Shown here: piece by piece, positions 38,701 to 46,168 of the stretch | Numbering within the stretch: the first letter of the stretch is position 1 | Layout of the letters: every line of letters starts with the position of its first letter | IMG/VR virus record: IMGVR_UViG_3300021963_000051 | Coordinates: 32,001-96,000 of that record | Origin: a virus | Length of the DNA: 64,000 bases | Strand: one strand, 5' to 3' | Made by a program: the position numbers and the translations under genes | Notes under the pieces: generated by a model | Told to the model about the DNA's origin: nothing | Seen by the model: the letters and a program-made list of their open reading frames with translations, nothing else | Database searches by the model: none

Positions 38701-39577
38701 CTTTGAAATTAATACCACAGCCAAAATTGGGTTGTTAACTAGTAACTTAACTACAGTATCTACTTCATTTACTATGGGTGCGGCAGATGCTACACAATTT
38801 CCACTAACCGGAAGAGTAGTAATTAACTATGAAGTTATTCGCTACACTAAAGGAAATACAAACTCTGGACAAACTACATTCAATATTAATCTAAGAAATG
38901 AATATGGACTTGCCTCCAACGCTACAGGTACAGCGGGTATTGACAGTGTTATTAGTTTTAATCAAAATTGCGGGCCTTCATTGAGTCATTGGGGTGTTAG
39001 CGTTATGATGGACGGTATGTTTGACAGTGATAAATCATATCTATTCACCGCTCCTACTAATAATGTTATTAGCATTCCGTCTAGTACTGAATTACCTTTG
39101 GTTAGTATTAGATTAGCACCTAGCGTTGATAATGGGATAGGTAGAGAATTTGGTGTCAGAAATTTAATTAATAGATCTGCTATCATTTTAAGATCAATTG
39201 GTGTAGGATGTAACGGGCAGTTTATTTTAAGTGTTAGAATTAATTCAGAATCTACATTATTCAGCACCCAGGCAAACTGGCGAGTTGTTGCCAATGGAAG
39301 TATCAGTCAATATCTAGATCATAGTATTACAGGCACATCCCCCGTGCCAACAGCAGGTGATACTGTATTTTCATTTTTAGCTGAAGCAGGTAGCGGTGGG
39401 GCCCAGGCAGTAACAACTGTAAATATTGACGAAATCAGAGAATTGGGCAATAGTACAATCGGTGGGCAAAATGTATATCCAGATGGTCCTGATGTTCTAA
39501 CCCTATTTGCTAGAAATCTAGGCGGAGCTTCTGCTAACATTAGAGGGCGCATTTCTTGGACAGAATCACAAGGGTAA
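35702..39577 (+). CDS. Large virion structural protein with one N-terminal phycobiliprotein-like repeat
   Basis: 1291 aa; KCERDVGYVLD at residue ~65; RVSTPQALMDTDFEY, RQTRKYFRYQSGKG and IDYSWYGAG motifs of the kind seen in T4-like phage structural proteins. Confidence 0.7.
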   Translation: MAKKQIIDYTFLPAFAPSANAYPNAYNRLVNNKNYITKMASAFIANQVANNTAPFVNFTYNAEKCERDVGYVLDAIINDLRYGGDADTVLVGSFYWFEGIPQVDGDRQPEVVTQNYIRDLINNYIFTGTAASPAYQTVVPQSTTGSNAEAGASGRITTLYATLTNIISTGVVPAATANPNYKGTVEILGNIPIKELLLIINVTRNIIIYNFADTTKGGQSIYNFNTKRTRYRLDFDTSSMIATDKLIIYVERDNETIKPHPTYQDPVEKMRVSTPQALMDTDFEYSLQGTKWETLTLMSNVPSVYSKANEPSFTAQQINSILPVPGGGPAAAVSYITYAPNGTTGLTLLRNGAYYADDYNEPLNFPWTVQFLGDNYSLAYFGSNGYFTFGSGSNQYSGYNQFAPPRGIGYAPADRTLWQFWYGLVNSNLFIVKISGGNCCSGPQVYDTEMHFNRLTPSIIDIHMVYKNTGDSVSPWVKTDSAYLFQGGLATGQAWRVVTGAGTSRDVTLNVNTTPPTPFYVGQPIIFKETQNLYLDGSYLVKTVVSNTQVTIGTGKALTAGFDYKSNYTTVYTGGFFTGAELPLNFVQTISGTLNADIFFNSPHALYPGQTIYVVDSTQNNADWVGSFQIFQVVSSTQVRFITARLTNWPSTATVSGANTRVYVRPTGVANHRFADGGVSISPGGSAPNTQIIRQTRKYFRYQSGKGIQFSTGVLFLPTYDINSVSVTTNVYSVSNPFYDLNILCDQEHGFAQPDSFRQGAYILLSGFTVSTGPNFYNGLYYVSGIASERQFTVKINPAITDLNPGGIAKVSVVSWYDCTIRDGLFDDQNGIFFEHDGQQLAVVKRASTQQLTGTVNVTNNSSTITGNGTKFLTQLSVGNYIVIKGMSYLITSKPSNTSATIAPDFRGITESNLRILKTIDDRTLQSNFNLDRMDGTGPSGYVFDKNKMQMVFIDYSWYGAGKIRWGMRGLDGSILYCHEAPQNNRNTEAYMRSGNLPGRFEINTTAKIGLLTSNLTTVSTSFTMGAADATQFPLTGRVVINYEVIRYTKGNTNSGQTTFNINLRNEYGLASNATGTAGIDSVISFNQNCGPSLSHWGVSVMMDGMFDSDKSYLFTAPTNNVISIPSSTELPLVSIRLAPSVDNGIGREFGVRNLINRSAIILRSIGVGCNGQFILSVRINSESTLFSTQANWRVVANGSISQYLDHSITGTSPVPTAGDTVFSFLAEAGSGGAQAVTTVNIDEIRELGNSTIGGQNVYPDGPDVLTLFARNLGGASANIRGRISWTESQG

Positions 39578-39580
39578 AGA

Positions 39581-39835
39581 ATGGTAAAATATTTCTATAT
39601 TGATAAAAATTATCACGATTTGGTCAGAAGCGCAGCCGTACCAATGACTAAAGATAGTTCAGGGGTCGGTGAATCTCTATTTAAAATTATGAGAGAACTT
39701 GCCTATGAATATGAAAGTAAAACTAGACAAAGAATAGACTATGAAATTACAGACGAAGAATTATTAGAAGTACAACAGAAATTTCTGCTAGCGAGAGATA
39801 ATTTTGTCAAATGGATAGACTCACAACCAAAATAA
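39581..39835 (+). CDS. Hypothetical protein
   Basis: 84-aa ORF starting 4 nt after the upstream stop. Confidence 0.55.
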   Translation: MVKYFYIDKNYHDLVRSAAVPMTKDSSGVGESLFKIMRELAYEYESKTRQRIDYEITDEELLEVQQKFLLARDNFVKWIDSQPK

Positions 39836-39878
39836 TTATGTTAAAGTTCTTTTTTTATTCTAGTCTATTATATGCTCA

Positions 39879-39886
39879 TATAAATA
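39879..39886 (+). promoter_or_regulatory. Late promoter TATAAATA
   Basis: Perfect consensus upstream of a three-gene unit ending in a glycosyltransferase. Confidence 0.7.
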
Positions 39887-39907
39887 CACTTGCTCTAAGG
39901 TGGTAAT

Positions 39908-40132
39908 ATGGCCTTTATAACCCCAGCCACAGGACAAGCGATTACATTTGGTAAGGTGAATAAAGCCTTTACGAATAATTATCCTAATACTGGTGGTAAT
40001 GCTCCTAGCGGAGGTAAAAATATTAAACTTAGTGCAGTTTTGGGAACATTTGTTAGTATATCAACAGGAACACAAATTAGATTTAGTCAACAACTAGGCG
40101 GTAGACCTACACCATACGATTACGATACTTAA
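39908..40132 (+). CDS. Small hypothetical protein
   Basis: 74 aa, AAGGTGG RBS, late promoter. Confidence 0.65.
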   Translation: MAFITPATGQAITFGKVNKAFTNNYPNTGGNAPSGGKNIKLSAVLGTFVSISTGTQIRFSQQLGGRPTPYDYDT

Positions 40133-40137
40133 AAAAA

Positions 40138-40608
40138 ATGAAATATGACCAAATAGAAAAGCTACTTAAAACAGCGCATATAGGACCTAGTAAATGGGAA
40201 TTAGACACTATAATCTATCATGACAGAACAACTAATCCATCAACCCTAATAAGTTTTTTCAATAGAATAATAAATCTAAAAAGCGTCCAAAATCCTAGCG
40301 CTTTAGAAACCGCTGAATTGAAAAAATTATTAGAACTACTAGCAGATCTTGATCAAAAAGAATGTAATGAACTTTTATCAAATTCAGATAATGATGCAAA
40401 AGATCATTTCATAGAATCTCTAGCTAGAAACAGCGCCATTGAAATATTGACCAAAGGAAGATTGGATAAAGAAACAATGGAAACCGCTTGCAAACTGAGT
40501 CCCAGCGACTTTATACTTTGTGCCAAAAGAACACAAGATTTGATCAATGCCATACAGGGTCTTGTAATCAAAGGCGAAAATCTTAGCAACGATGTGGCCG
40601 GAGCATGA
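40138..40608 (+). CDS. Hypothetical protein
   Basis: 156 aa helical; ATGA overlap with the next gene. Confidence 0.65.
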   Translation: MKYDQIEKLLKTAHIGPSKWELDTIIYHDRTTNPSTLISFFNRIINLKSVQNPSALETAELKKLLELLADLDQKECNELLSNSDNDAKDHFIESLARNSAIEILTKGRLDKETMETACKLSPSDFILCAKRTQDLINAIQGLVIKGENLSNDVAGA

Positions 40609-41270
40609 AAAAGAAAACCAGTGTTTTTAGTTCTTCAAAGTGGTCATCAAAAAAAGGTAAATTAGCAGTCTGTATTCCAACTAGGGATGTTCTTCATTCG
40701 GCTCATGCTTTATGTCTAACAGAAATGATTAAATTCAATACAATGAACGATATAGATACGCATGTGTTTATGGATGCTAGTACAATTTTACTAACTCAGA
40801 GAGAACGATTGGCCACTGAAGCACTAGAGTTGGGAGCTGAATATACACTTTGGCTAGATAGTGATATTACATTTCCAGCAACTACTGCTATTAGATTACT
40901 AGCACACAATGAAGATATAGTAGCTTGTAACTATATTAGAAGACAATTGCCCCCAAAAGGTGTTGCCTATGAAGTCATAGGAGATTGGCAAAATCCGTTG
41001 TCTTGGGATATGTATGATGAACTCGTTGAAGTTCAAGGTGTAGGAATGGGTTGTATGTTGATGAAAACAGAAATATTTTCAAAATTACCTAAACCTTGGT
41101 TTGAATTTGGTTGGAATCCCGGCAATAATGATCATTTAGGTGAAGATATGATCCTGTGTCAAAAAATGGCAGCAAAGGGATATACTATAAAAATTGATAC
41201 GGTTCTCAGTCACGATCTTAGACATTTAGGAACCTGGGCTTTCGGACCAGAATTATTAGATCATTTCTAA
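40605..41270 (+). CDS. GT-A fold (family 2-like) glycosyltransferase
   Basis: LAVCIPT, WLDSD (DxD), GVGMGCMLMK, GEDMILC, terminal H. Confidence 0.8.
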   Translation: MKKKTSVFSSSKWSSKKGKLAVCIPTRDVLHSAHALCLTEMIKFNTMNDIDTHVFMDASTILLTQRERLATEALELGAEYTLWLDSDITFPATTAIRLLAHNEDIVACNYIRRQLPPKGVAYEVIGDWQNPLSWDMYDELVEVQGVGMGCMLMKTEIFSKLPKPWFEFGWNPGNNDHLGEDMILCQKMAAKGYTIKIDTVLSHDLRHLGTWAFGPELLDHF

Positions 41271-41681
41271 TAATATATCTAACTTTGCCCGAATAATTTT
41301 ATTATTAAAACTAGACGATACTCTTTTATGTAGTGGCCTAGGCCATTTATTGTAATCACACCATGCATAGGCAGAATGTTCAGAATTTAGTTTTGGAATA
41401 AATTCACCTTCAACAAGTATTACAAATGTATTATATTGAAAATGTAGATCGTCACTAAGATAAAGCTCAAGCGGTATTATTTTTTTAATAGGCGGCACTA
41501 TTCCTAGTTCTTCTTCTATTTCTCTAGTTAAAATATCAAAGCTTGTTATATCGGCAGGCTCTTTTCTACCTCCCACAAAACCCCAAGTACCGGCAGTTTT
41601 TCCATTATTTCTCAATAAAAATAAAAAGCGTTTTGTTTCTACTGATAATATTAGACCTCCACTACAAATAATTTCATTCAC
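41256..41681 (-). CDS. NUDIX hydrolase
   Basis: WGFVGGRKE...TREIEEELG Nudix box and LNSEH. Likely GTG start overlapping the gp15 stop (GTGA). Confidence 0.85.
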   Translation of the reverse strand: MNEIICSGGLILSVETKRFLFLLRNNGKTAGTWGFVGGRKEPADITSFDILTREIEEELGIVPPIKKIIPLELYLSDDLHFQYNTFVILVEGEFIPKLNSEHSAYAWCDYNKWPRPLHKRVSSSFNNKIIRAKLDILLEMI

Positions 41682-43078
41682 AGGATGAGACGCCAAAGTT
41701 TTTTATCATAAATTCCTTCAAAACTTTTAAACCAATCATTATCTGAGAACTGATATTGTACATTAGTATAAACATTGGTTATGTAAATTGTACTAGTAGG
41801 CAGAGTAGAGTCAAAGATTTTCACCCAATTAGTCCCATTCCATTCTATAATATCGTTGGCCTTGGCTTGGAAGTCAGAATTGTCACTGTTTTTCCAAGCA
41901 ACTGGTCCAGAATATCCAGGATCTCCAAAATTAGAATTATCGTTTAGGCCTTCTACAAGTAGATATCTAGTGCCAGCATTGAGGCTAGCCGGCCTAAAGG
42001 TTATGGGATTTACAATGGCATCAACTGTGCCTCTACCTTGAATTATAGTGTTTGTAGGAACAGTATCGTTATCAATATTTAGTATCATTTCCTTTTCATT
42101 AATAGCATTTAAGCTGAGTCTGGCTATTATCTCTGTTTGTCCTTCCCTAGAAAATCTTAATTGACTTATGCCTACTCTAAACTTTCCAGGATAAAGATCT
42201 AATATTTTTAACCACGAATGAGAATTTCTGGGATCTGTGATATCTATATCGTCGCCTTGATAATTTGAATAAACTAGTCTGGCTGTGCCATTTAAAATAA
42301 GTAGATCAAAATCACCGGGAGTAATTGTTATATTTTCATCAGGAGTTACTTCATTAAAAATGTTTGACGCATTATCTATACGATAATCATTTTTTATCAT
42401 ACCTTCTGTATTACTTGAAAATATATTACTAATAATTTTTGTAACTATGCCTAATTTTTTAACCTTAGCAGGAGGCGTAATCCATATAGGTGCAGAAAAA
42501 GTCAGTGTTTGAATATCGATATCTTCATTTAAACCTTGAGGAATCGCTCTAGAAGTAAAAACTTGAGTTTCTAAAGTTAATGTACTTAGACTGGTCCAGT
42601 CTATATAATTGTCTGTAGTTTGTATTTCAAAACTAGGATTAAAGAATACAACGATTTGTTCCCATATCTGTAATTTTTGATCTATACTAGTACTCCATAT
42701 ATCTGCATTCAGTGTAAGCAAATATGGACTAGGCATAATTCTTTCCACGGTGTAGTTGTTGCCTTGATTATTTAGGTACTGACCTGTTAAATCGTTTATG
42801 TCTCTTTCTCTAATGTTTATCTTACTAACAAAGGTGGGATCCTGTAGTCTAGGTCTATCAAATTGTAAATCCTTAATATAACAGGCAATAAAGGGAGCCG
42901 ATGGTACTGAATTCTCACTGTTCTTTCTCAATACCTGTGCTACCTGCCTACTCATATCGCCATATCTTACCGGTACTGTAACAAGATTTCCTCTATTATC
43001 CTTATAACTAAAATTGCTGAGGATGTTGATAAATTGAGCAAGATATCTTCTAACTTGACCGTCGTAAAAATAATCCAT
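41678..43078 (-). CDS. gp15: Tail sheath stabilizer/completion protein (gp15-like) with C-terminal extension
   Basis: YFYDGQVRRY, VPVRYG, PSPYLL, QIWEQIVVFFNPS; follows gp14. Confidence 0.75.
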   Translation of the reverse strand: MDYFYDGQVRRYLAQFINILSNFSYKDNRGNLVTVPVRYGDMSRQVAQVLRKNSENSVPSAPFIACYIKDLQFDRPRLQDPTFVSKINIRERDINDLTGQYLNNQGNNYTVERIMPSPYLLTLNADIWSTSIDQKLQIWEQIVVFFNPSFEIQTTDNYIDWTSLSTLTLETQVFTSRAIPQGLNEDIDIQTLTFSAPIWITPPAKVKKLGIVTKIISNIFSSNTEGMIKNDYRIDNASNIFNEVTPDENITITPGDFDLLILNGTARLVYSNYQGDDIDITDPRNSHSWLKILDLYPGKFRVGISQLRFSREGQTEIIARLSLNAINEKEMILNIDNDTVPTNTIIQGRGTVDAIVNPITFRPASLNAGTRYLLVEGLNDNSNFGDPGYSGPVAWKNSDNSDFQAKANDIIEWNGTNWVKIFDSTLPTSTIYITNVYTNVQYQFSDNDWFKSFEGIYDKKLWRLIL

Positions 43079-44268
43079 TATATATCAGCCCTTGGTTTTA
43101 ATGCCTTACTGAGAGCCTGTTTCTCTTGAACTACATTACCAGCAATAGTAGACGTATTTAAATTATTGACAAAACTTGATTTTAATTTTAGTCTGATTAG
43201 ATCTGGATCGTTAGTCTGAGTAGCACCAAGCGTACTTGTGGTCATCCTAACATTATCCTCAAATCTAATCCAATGAACTCCATCATATCTGTACATTCTG
43301 TTCGGTAGATAATCAGTTCTTAGGAAGAACTCACCATTAACAGGATTACCTGGAAAACTTATACCAAATCCATAAGGTGCTCCATTGGGAGGAACGCCAT
43401 CCCCAGTTAGATAACCAACGTAGTAATTTTTTGTAGGAGTTGATAATACAGCACTGGTATCAAAAAAGTCATCAGTGGTATCAACCTCGGTATTTGTAAC
43501 ATCTTCTGTCTCAGCAAAGCCTGTTTCTTTATTTGTAGGAATAATGTAAAGATGTCTAGTCTCGTATCCACTCTTATTCACATCTTCCTCTGCTTGTAGA
43601 ATAACCTGGTTGTTTACTTCAATAGATTTTTGATATTCTGATAATAGATCTCTTAAATTTGATCCATCTTCAGCCCCACTATCTTTATCAAAAATCTCTT
43701 TGAACTCTTGACGATCAACTAAAGGCTGACATTTAGCCCTAACTAGGTGTGGGTACCAGGTTTGACTGTATCCTGTAGCAGGTCTTGTAACTTCTGATAC
43801 TACATAAAATCTTTTTAATGCTATTAAACTGTCATCTAGAGCATACTCGTCCTTTTGATGAGGCAATTCGATTACATCTCCTGCCATTATCTTTCTACCT
43901 AATGCTTCAAAACTAGATCGCAGATGAAAGGTAATCATTATATTATCATTTTGTAGGAACAGCCCAAATTGACTGAGGTTAAAATCAATATCTTGTAGTG
44001 TATAAATTCCTCTTATTATATAGACATCTTCTGAATAATGTCTATCTCTATTTTCTAAAAATAATAAATCTTGAATTCCTAATTCCGGAATAGCATTAGT
44101 TTGATTAGGTAACGTAGCAGAACTTTCTCCTGCTTGGGGATTTACCGGTCCTAGATATTTGTGAATGAACACATCTGTGCCACCAATTTGGAATTGTTCA
44201 TTGATAGCTCTGTCTAAAAACTTAAAATCATTGCCTTTTTCTGGTTTATAAAGAGATAAGCGTGGCAT
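43078..44268 (-). CDS. gp14: Neck protein (gp14-like)
   Basis: DLLFLENRDR, LSQFGLFL, GDVIELP; divergent from gp13. Confidence 0.72.
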   Translation of the reverse strand: MPRLSLYKPEKGNDFKFLDRAINEQFQIGGTDVFIHKYLGPVNPQAGESSATLPNQTNAIPELGIQDLLFLENRDRHYSEDVYIIRGIYTLQDIDFNLSQFGLFLQNDNIMITFHLRSSFEALGRKIMAGDVIELPHQKDEYALDDSLIALKRFYVVSEVTRPATGYSQTWYPHLVRAKCQPLVDRQEFKEIFDKDSGAEDGSNLRDLLSEYQKSIEVNNQVILQAEEDVNKSGYETRHLYIIPTNKETGFAETEDVTNTEVDTTDDFFDTSAVLSTPTKNYYVGYLTGDGVPPNGAPYGFGISFPGNPVNGEFFLRTDYLPNRMYRYDGVHWIRFEDNVRMTTSTLGATQTNDPDLIRLKLKSSFVNNLNTSTIAGNVVQEKQALSKALKPRADI

Positions 44269-44275
44269 AGTCTTA

Positions 44276-44292
44276 TATTTATAGCATAAATA
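44276..44292. promoter_or_regulatory. Back-to-back late promoters for gp14 and gp13
   Basis: Minus-strand TATAAATA (44276-44283) and plus-strand TAAATA (44287-44292) fill the 29-bp intergenic gap. Confidence 0.75.
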
Positions 44293-44297
44293 CCCTT

Positions 44298-45056
44298 ATG
44301 AGTGATACTGAAATTGAAAGAAAAAAAGTTGTAGATTATATTAAAGCTATGTTAGGTGATGGCATGGTTGATGTTGAACTCGACCCTATACACTATAATA
44401 CTTCTATTGATCGTGCTTTAAGTAAATTTCGTCAACGAAGCAGCAATTCAGTTGAAGAAAGTTATGCTTTTATTACAGTTGAAGTTGATCAAAATGAATA
44501 TACATTGCCTAAAGAAACAATGGATGTTAGACAAATTTTTCGTAGAAGCATAGGTAGTAGGTCAGGAGGAGGTCAGGGAGGAACCTTATTCGAACCATTC
44601 AATTTGGCCTATTCTAACACTTACCTCCTAACTGCTACAAATATGGGGGGGCTAGCTACCTACTATGCTTTTGCCAGCTATCAAAAACAAGTCGGAAAAA
44701 TGTTTGGCAGTGAAATTAATTTTACTTTTAATAGAACTACAAAAAAATTAACACTCATGCAACGTCCTAGAAGTGAAGAAGAAGTTCTATTATGGATATA
44801 TAACTATAGACCCGATTTTAACCTGCTTCAAGACAATTTTGCCGGACAATGGTTATTAGATTATAGTTTAGCTACCTGTAAAATAATGCTAGGTGAAGCT
44901 AGAGAGAAATTTGCTCAGGTGGCTAGTCCTCAGGGTGGTACCAGCCTAAATGGAACAGCATTGAAAAACGAAGGTAAAGCAGAAATAGAAGTTTTAGAGC
45001 TAGACCTTATCAATTATAAAGAAGGCGGAACACCTCTTACATTTGTAATTGGCTAA
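44298..45056 (+). CDS. gp13: Neck protein (gp13-like)
   Basis: LGDGMVDVELD, WLLDYSLATCKIMLGEAREKF, PQGGTSLNG, terminal FVIG. Confidence 0.85.
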   Translation: MSDTEIERKKVVDYIKAMLGDGMVDVELDPIHYNTSIDRALSKFRQRSSNSVEESYAFITVEVDQNEYTLPKETMDVRQIFRRSIGSRSGGGQGGTLFEPFNLAYSNTYLLTATNMGGLATYYAFASYQKQVGKMFGSEINFTFNRTTKKLTLMQRPRSEEEVLLWIYNYRPDFNLLQDNFAGQWLLDYSLATCKIMLGEAREKFAQVASPQGGTSLNGTALKNEGKAEIEVLELDLINYKEGGTPLTFVIG

Positions 45057-45063
45057 TAAAAAC

Positions 45064-45092
45064 TTGACAATGTAATTTAATGATAATAAATT
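45064..45092 (+). promoter_or_regulatory. Sigma70-type promoter for the dNMP kinase gene
   Basis: TTGACA (45064-45069), 17 bp, TAAATT; GAGG RBS. Confidence 0.55.
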
Positions 45093-45113
45093 AAAGCATC
45101 TTGAGAGGTTGCT

Positions 45114-45752
45114 ATGATTATAGGTTTCGTTGGGTTCATAGGTTCAGGCAAAGACACAGCCGCTGATTATTTGGTTAATTTTCACGGTTTTAGACGAGAT
45201 TCTTTTGCTAACACTTTGAAAGATGCCGTGGCCGCGGTATTCGGATGGGATAGAGTTCTCCTGGAAGGACGTACAAATGAAGCTAGAACGTGGCGTGAAG
45301 AAGTAGATAGCTGGTGGGCTGAACGCCTAAATATGCCTAATTTAACTCCTAGGTGGGTTTTACAGTATTGGGGTACTGATGTCCTTAGAAATCAATTTCA
45401 CGACGATATTTGGATTGCCAGTATAGAAAATAAATTACGTAAAACTAAAGATCATATTGTGATAAGTGATGTAAGATTTCCTAACGAAATACAGGCAATA
45501 CATAATGCTGGTGGATTAGTGGTTAGAGTTCAACGAGGTCCAAATCCCGAATGGTACAATGATGCGTTGAATATGAATCAAGGTCCAACTAATATGAGTT
45601 GGGCTATCAGCAAGCAGAGAATTTCTGAATTAAAAATTCACGCTAGCGAAACTAGTTGGGTAGGAGATAAGATTGATCACGTTATTTTAAATGATTCTAC
45701 TATAGACGAATTATTCAATCAGCTAGAACAACTAATTAAAGATCGGGTTTGA
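45114..45752 (+). CDS. gp1: Deoxynucleoside monophosphate kinase (T4 gp1-like)
   Basis: GFIGSGKDT P-loop, TPRWVLQYWGTD, ISDVRFPNE, HASE. Confidence 0.9.
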   Translation: MIIGFVGFIGSGKDTAADYLVNFHGFRRDSFANTLKDAVAAVFGWDRVLLEGRTNEARTWREEVDSWWAERLNMPNLTPRWVLQYWGTDVLRNQFHDDIWIASIENKLRKTKDHIVISDVRFPNEIQAIHNAGGLVVRVQRGPNPEWYNDALNMNQGPTNMSWAISKQRISELKIHASETSWVGDKIDHVILNDSTIDELFNQLEQLIKDRV

Positions 45753-46071
45753 TATTACCTCGTTTCCATTTGAAAAGTTCTTTAGTTAAAATTCGTTGAC
45801 AATTGGCACATACTGTTTTTAAATTTGAATGACGAGAATTTAATAAGTTGCCATCAACGTGAAACACATCAAATTGTTCTGTATGTATAGAACTATAACT
45901 ACATTTATCGCATAGGTTTTTCTTTTTATATCCGCTTTTTTCCCAAAGCGACACCCCTGTTTTTCTATTTTTAGCGCAGGTATCACAGACTGTTCTATAG
46001 AAAATTTTTTCGTCTTTACGGTAGTTGATAGCTACCTGACGCTTACTACATTTAGAACAAATTTTCCTCAT
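45736..46071 (-). CDS. Zn-finger/HNH-like protein
   Basis: Four CxxC pairs; VFHVDGNLLNSRHSNLKTVCANC is HNH-like. Confidence 0.7.
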   Translation of the reverse strand: MRKICSKCSKRQVAINYRKDEKIFYRTVCDTCAKNRKTGVSLWEKSGYKKKNLCDKCSYSSIHTEQFDVFHVDGNLLNSRHSNLKTVCANCQRILTKELFKWKRGNIKPDL

Positions 46072-46168
46072 TAGCGCCCTTTTCGAATCCCTTTAGGCTT
46101 ATTTAAGCCTAAATTTTTTACTCCAATCCGCTAAATATATCAAAGTATTCCATTGAGGAGATTGTATA

